A DNA stretch of 20,458 nucleotides from a virus (lineage: Duplodnaviria; Heunggongvirae; Uroviricota; Caudoviricetes). Made by a program: the position numbers and the translations under genes. The stretch is from IMG/VR virus record IMGVR_UViG_3300031787_000054. One strand, given 5' to 3'. Under the pieces are notes generated by a model, which had not been told where the DNA came from, did no database searches, and saw only the letters and a list, made by a program, of their open reading frames with translations. Shown here piece by piece: positions 15,818 through 20,458 of this stretch (positions are counted from its first letter, which is position 1; the number at the start of each line of letters is the position of its first letter).

Positions 15818-18800
15818 TGTCAAGTACTATAACACTAAAAGCATCTGGTTTATTTACTTCAGATAACGAACTTACTTTGCCAGAAGGTTCTCTGGTTGAA
15901 GCTTCTAATGTTGTAATCCAAAATGAAGGTATTATTGAATCACGACGTGGCTATAAATTATATGGCAACGCATTACCGTCTATTTCGGATAGAGCAAAAC
16001 AATTAACCTCTTATCGTGAAAGAATTCTAAGACATTTTGGGACAACACTACAATATGATGACGGTGATGGTAATTTTACTGATTATACACTTCCTGTTGA
16101 GGAGACTCAGCAAGGATTAAGAATTAAGTTCACTGAATCAAATGGCAATTTGTACTTCACAACTAGTTCAGGAATTAAGAAACTATCAGCTAAAACATCA
16201 AATGATTTGTCTTTAATTGAGATAGAATCAGCAGGTGCAATTAAGGCTCTAGATATTAAAGCTACTACAATATATTCATTCGGTAATCAATCTGGATTCA
16301 TGACTCAAGATAGTGTTGTTGCTTACCGTGCTTTATGGGCAAAAAAAGATTTAAATGGTAATTTATTAAGAGGGACACCTAGTTCAACTACTACAGTATA
16401 TAATTCACTATTGACTTTATTAATACAAGATTATCTTAATGTTTTAGGTGCACTAGATGACGTAACAGACACTACTGAAACTAGTAGAATATCAGATGGT
16501 AATTACGTTAATACTTTGAAAGTATCTATAACAGCAGATGCTCTAACTTTAAAAAATAATTTAGTTGCTTTAGCTTCTAAAATAGACAATGACATATTAC
16601 TAGCTGATGATATTGCAGGTGCTACATTACAAATAGCTTCAGCTAACGTTTCAAGTGGAGTATGTACAGTAACATTTACTGCTGGACAAACAGAATCAAA
16701 TTACTTTACTGTTGGCGATAGTATTAGATTATCTGGTTTTACAGGCATTGAAGAAGAAAGAAGTATTGTTACTGTAGATAATACAGCAAACACTATAACT
16801 TTCTTAACAGCAGCAGCAAACGGTGCTATTGTTTTATCTTCACCAACTATTCATTCTAATACATTTAGAAATATAACAGAACCTAGTGACCCTAATATAC
16901 CAGCAACAAACAATGATTTATTAGAATTACAAGATTATTTAGATACAATTATAACAGAGTTACAAGATATTCGTGACACATCTATAACCCCGTCTAATAA
17001 ATTAAATTATATCGATAATCTAGATATAACAACGAGTGTTAATGTTAGCTTAAATGTAACAATACCTTCTGATATCGATGACCAATATTTCTTACAAGTA
17101 TATAGAACTGATGTATATGAAGCAACAGGTGTTTCAGTATTAGATGATATTATTCTTCCTTCTGAATTTCAATTAGTATACGAAGCATATCCTACTCCAG
17201 ATGAAATAACTGCTGGGGTTTTAATATTTGAAGATATAACACCTGATGAAATTAAGGAAGCAAACTTATATACAAACCCTTCAACTGGTGAAGGCGAGCT
17301 ACAAGCTAACGATGTCCCTCCTTTTGCTAAAGATATAAATAGATTTAGAAATCATGTGTTCTATGCTAATACTAGAACAAAACAAAGAATGTTCGTTAAT
17401 CTATTAGGTATAGAAGTATTGAGAGATAATATAATGAGTAATACACCAAAGATTACTATATCTAATGGTGAAGACTCTAACACTTATACTTTTGTATTAG
17501 GAGAAAGAGAAAGTGTTGATATAACTGTTACTGGAACTGGTACATTCAATACAGGAAGCATAGGTAAATATTGTGATATTCCTTCTATTAAAGGAAACGT
17601 ATATCGCTTCTGGTTTAATACTGGAACTGAAACAGCACCATCTGTTACAACAGAAATATTAAAAGAAGTTAAAATCAATAATTCTGACCCTAACAATACT
17701 ATTGCTCAGAAATTTGCCGATAAGATATCTCTATTAGTTAATGATTTCAATGTGACAGTATTGACTAACGTTGTAACTGTATTACAAACAGAAATAGGAG
17801 ATGCTGACGATTTTGACGATCAAACATCTGGGTTCTCTTTTTCAATAACACAGGGAGTTGGAGAAGACGCTATAACTAGAACTGTTGTTATATCTGATTC
17901 TTTATCTTCTGGTAGAGCATCAGATGAAACAGCTAGAAGCTTAATGAGAATTATTAATGCTAATCCTAATGAAACAATTAGAGCATATTACTTATCAGGA
18001 ACAGCTGATATTCCTGGTAAATTATTCTTTGAATCTAAAGATTTAAGTTCTGAAGCTTTTTATATAATAGCTAATAGTGAAATAACTTCATTAGCTTTTA
18101 ATCCTGATTTTACTCCACAGAATTCAATAACTACTGTTACAACTGGAACTCAAACGACAATCGAGTCTTCTGACCCACACAATTTAATACAAGGTGATTT
18201 TGTCTTAATCACTGGAACTACTGCTACTCCAGCAATTAATGGTCAATCACCAATTGATGGTTTATTTGAAGTAGTACAAGTTAATAGTTCAACTGAATTT
18301 GTTATAGATGTTAATACTTCAACTGCTTCAAACGCTGGTGTTTTCTCTAGAGCAAGTTATTCTCAATATTCTGAAAATGAAGTTAAACCTAATAGAGTAT
18401 ATTATTCTAAGTTTTCTCAACCGGATGCAGTTCCGTTAGTAAATTACTTTGATGTTGGAGCTGAAGAGAAAGAGATTCTAAGAATATTCCCTTTAAGAGA
18501 TTCATTGTTTGTGTTTAAAGAAGATGGTGTATATAGGGTTTCTGGCGAAACTGCTCCGTTTAACGTTGCACTATTCGATAATACTTCTAGATTAATAGCC
18601 TCTGATAGTTTAGGATTACTAAATAATCTTATTTTTTGTTGGACTAAACAAGGAATAGTTGCTGTATCTGAAGGTGGTATAGAGATTATTTCTAAGCCAA
18701 TTGATGATCAAATACTTAAACTTGGTTCTAGTATATATGATAATTTTTCAACAGCTACTTTTGGTGTCGGGTATGAATCTGATAATAGTTACATGGTTTG

Positions 18801-20109
18801 GACAGTAAATAATACTTCAGATGAAATAGCTCAAATCTGTTACAGATATTCAACTTTAACTGGAACATGGACAACATTTGATAAGTCAAATACATCGGCT
18901 GTAGTTAGTCCTAATTTAGATTTATTGTTCTTAGGAGCAGGAGACACTAATTATCTTGAAAAAGAAAGAAAAACATTTACTAGATATGATTTTGCTGATA
19001 GAGAACTAGATTTCACTATTTCTAATAATAAGTATAATCAAGGGGTAATCACATTACCTAGTGTTTCAGGAATCGCAGTAGGAGACGTTGTTGTTCAAGA
19101 ACAATTTGTTTCATTATATGAATTTAACATGTTACTTAAGAAACTTGATATAGACCCTAGTGTTAATGATACAGACTATGAATCTACTTTAGAAACATCT
19201 GCTGGTGATAATTTAAGAGATGCTTTAGAAGATTTAACAGATAAATTAGATTTAGATACCGGTGTAGTGTTCACTAATTATAAATCAAGAATAAATAGTT
19301 TCTCAGGAACAATAACAAATATCCAAGCTGGTGATGAGACTATAATAACAACAAGTGTAGCTCACAATCTACAAAACAATCGTATTGTTAGAATAGTTAA
19401 TTCAGACTGCGACCCTGTTGTAGACGGAGATTATTCTGTTGAAGTGTTGTCTTCTACAACATTTAAAATTAATAAAAGAACGATAGTAAATGGTACAACA
19501 GGCAATTGGAATACGGTTATTACTGATTTAAGAGATATTAAAACATGTTATAATTTAATTATTACTAATTTAAATAATGACAACGGTGTTTCATTTTCTA
19601 ACTACAACCAAGCAAGTAACTCTACGATTCAAGAAGCAATCATTACTAAAGTAGATACAATTAAAAAACAAATAACTTTAAACTTAGATATTGACTTCTA
19701 TGTTGGTTCTATTGTTGTTTATAAAAGTATCCCTACTACTTTCACATATGGACCTAATTTAATGGGTGACCCTATTAACTGGAAACATGTTAGAGAGTTC
19801 ACTTTAATGTTTAAAAGTAAAGCTTTAACATCTGCATCTGTTGCCTTCGGTACTGATTTGTTGCCTGAGTTTGTTGAAGTAAATTTTGACTTAGATGGTA
19901 ACGGAATATTTGGTAGTCAACCTTTTGGTTATGGATTCTTTGGTGGAGCATCTAACTCGGCTCCTTTTAGAACAACAATACCAAGAAATGCACAAAGATG
20001 TAGATTTATATCCGTTAAATTTAATCACTCTATTGCAAGAGAACAATATAAGATATTCGGTATTAGCTTAACGTTTGAAAACTTAAATAGTACAAGGGCG
20101 TATAGATAA
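15817..20109 (+). CDS. Tail nozzle / tail tubular protein B-like beta-propeller protein with large insertions (1430 aa)
   Basis: Propeller-blade motifs (PPFAKDINRFRNHVFYAN; NRVYYSKFSQPDAVP...EILRIFPLRDSLFVFKEDGVYRVSG) and a C-terminal WKHVREFTLMF...QRCRFISVKFNH segment, in the position of T7 gp12 / P22 gp10. Confidence 0.68.
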   Translation: MSSTITLKASGLFTSDNELTLPEGSLVEASNVVIQNEGIIESRRGYKLYGNALPSISDRAKQLTSYRERILRHFGTTLQYDDGDGNFTDYTLPVEETQQGLRIKFTESNGNLYFTTSSGIKKLSAKTSNDLSLIEIESAGAIKALDIKATTIYSFGNQSGFMTQDSVVAYRALWAKKDLNGNLLRGTPSSTTTVYNSLLTLLIQDYLNVLGALDDVTDTTETSRISDGNYVNTLKVSITADALTLKNNLVALASKIDNDILLADDIAGATLQIASANVSSGVCTVTFTAGQTESNYFTVGDSIRLSGFTGIEEERSIVTVDNTANTITFLTAAANGAIVLSSPTIHSNTFRNITEPSDPNIPATNNDLLELQDYLDTIITELQDIRDTSITPSNKLNYIDNLDITTSVNVSLNVTIPSDIDDQYFLQVYRTDVYEATGVSVLDDIILPSEFQLVYEAYPTPDEITAGVLIFEDITPDEIKEANLYTNPSTGEGELQANDVPPFAKDINRFRNHVFYANTRTKQRMFVNLLGIEVLRDNIMSNTPKITISNGEDSNTYTFVLGERESVDITVTGTGTFNTGSIGKYCDIPSIKGNVYRFWFNTGTETAPSVTTEILKEVKINNSDPNNTIAQKFADKISLLVNDFNVTVLTNVVTVLQTEIGDADDFDDQTSGFSFSITQGVGEDAITRTVVISDSLSSGRASDETARSLMRIINANPNETIRAYYLSGTADIPGKLFFESKDLSSEAFYIIANSEITSLAFNPDFTPQNSITTVTTGTQTTIESSDPHNLIQGDFVLITGTTATPAINGQSPIDGLFEVVQVNSSTEFVIDVNTSTASNAGVFSRASYSQYSENEVKPNRVYYSKFSQPDAVPLVNYFDVGAEEKEILRIFPLRDSLFVFKEDGVYRVSGETAPFNVALFDNTSRLIASDSLGLLNNLIFCWTKQGIVAVSEGGIEIISKPIDDQILKLGSSIYDNFSTATFGVGYESDNSYMVWTVNNTSDEIAQICYRYSTLTGTWTTFDKSNTSAVVSPNLDLLFLGAGDTNYLEKERKTFTRYDFADRELDFTISNNKYNQGVITLPSVSGIAVGDVVVQEQFVSLYEFNMLLKKLDIDPSVNDTDYESTLETSAGDNLRDALEDLTDKLDLDTGVVFTNYKSRINSFSGTITNIQAGDETIITTSVAHNLQNNRIVRIVNSDCDPVVDGDYSVEVLSSTTFKINKRTIVNGTTGNWNTVITDLRDIKTCYNLIITNLNNDNGVSFSNYNQASNSTIQEAIITKVDTIKKQITLNLDIDFYVGSIVVYKSIPTTFTYGPNLMGDPINWKHVREFTLMFKSKALTSASVAFGTDLLPEFVEVNFDLDGNGIFGSQPFGYGFFGGASNSAPFRTTIPRNAQRCRFISVKFNHSIAREQYKIFGISLTFENLNSTRAYR

Positions 20110-20458
20110 TGAAGTTACCTAGCTTTAAAAGAATATTAAGTACTGACTTTCAAGATGAATACAAGGGTTTAGTAAATAAACTAGCTGTTTCTATTAATGA
20201 TGGATTAGAAAGTGTATATAATGCTCTAAATAAAAGAATAACATTAAAAGATAATATACAATGTACAGTTAAAACAGTACAAGTTACAGTTAATGCTTCG
20301 GGATTACCAACAACAACGACTACTTTTCAGGTAGACGTACCTAATACTAAGGTTGAAGGATGTATGGTTATCAGTGCTATCAACCAAGTGAATACAACAA
20401 GTTACCCTAGTTCTGGAGTATTTATATCATTTACTCAACTAGAAAATACAGTTAGAAT
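20109..20458 (+). CDS. Hypothetical phage protein, 3'-truncated by the window edge (not in the supplied ORF track)
   Basis: ATG at 20109 overlaps the previous stop (TAATG). The frame MKLPSFKRILSTDFQDEYKGLVNKLAVSINDGLESVYNALNKRITLKDNIQCTVKTVQVTVNASGLP... stays open to base 20458. Confidence 0.8.
   Translation, partial: MKLPSFKRILSTDFQDEYKGLVNKLAVSINDGLESVYNALNKRITLKDNIQCTVKTVQVTVNASGLPTTTTTFQVDVPNTKVEGCMVISAINQVNTTSYPSSGVFISFTQLENTVR

Larger units (their letters stand above)
1..20458 (+). mobile_element. Tailed dsDNA phage (or prophage) structural/morphogenesis region, podovirus-like
   Basis: All long ORFs are on the + strand and tightly packed, several with TAATG stop/start coupling (3259, 11975, 15817, 20109). 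Scaffold, major capsid, adaptor-like and nozzle-like genes plus fibre/chaperone pairs are present. No tape-measure, sheath or tube gene is seen and no host housekeeping gene. Free phage versus prophage cannot be decided from this window. Confidence 0.92.

Noticed and set aside
1679-17696. Minus-strand ORFs (1679, 5315, 6017, 8636, 8969, 13529, 14248, 15046, 17484)
   Set aside because: These are short antisense shadows of + strand genes (e.g. the Ser-rich 14248..14547 mirrors Glu codons). They have no RBS, no recognisable motifs and oppose the uniform gene orientation.
1-20458. Stop-codon reassignment (alternative genetic code)
   Set aside because: Standard-code ORFs already tile the window densely. 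Nearly all stops are TAA. The single TAG (8321-8323) doubles as part of the next gene's AGGAG RBS and is followed in frame by TAA two codons later.

Overview
The window is a contiguous, entirely + strand, AT-rich (roughly two-thirds A+T by eye) virion-morphogenesis region of a tailed dsDNA phage or prophage, most likely podovirus-like. Order: an accessory cassette (large beta-rich virion protein open at the left edge, FN3 + 3x Ig-like repeat protein, hypothetical, fibre-chaperone-like protein, circularly permuted papain/NlpC-P60 enzyme, small membrane ORF), then scaffolding protein, a 94-aa possible decoration protein, major capsid protein and an intrinsic terminator. A second cassette of fibre/adhesin genes follows (947-aa fibre with CBM-like and two C1q-like domains, its chaperone, two small beta-proteins, a 600-aa fibre, all built from shared modules), then an acidic low-complexity protein, head-tail adaptor-like protein, an oversized nozzle-like protein (1430 aa) and a CDS running off the right edge. 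No portal, terminase, integrase, tRNA, CRISPR or host genes are visible. The most striking non-coding signals are: (i) an exact 10-mer TAACAACTAT ahead of each of the four genes that have a long leader (candidate phage late promoter); (ii) two tandem hairpins of near-identical architecture but different, still-pairing stems directly before the scaffold ribosome-binding site (candidate translational operator); (iii) a perfect 17-bp direct repeat matching the IHF consensus just upstream of the capsid-operon motif. All protein calls come from motif recognition by eye, not from database searches.
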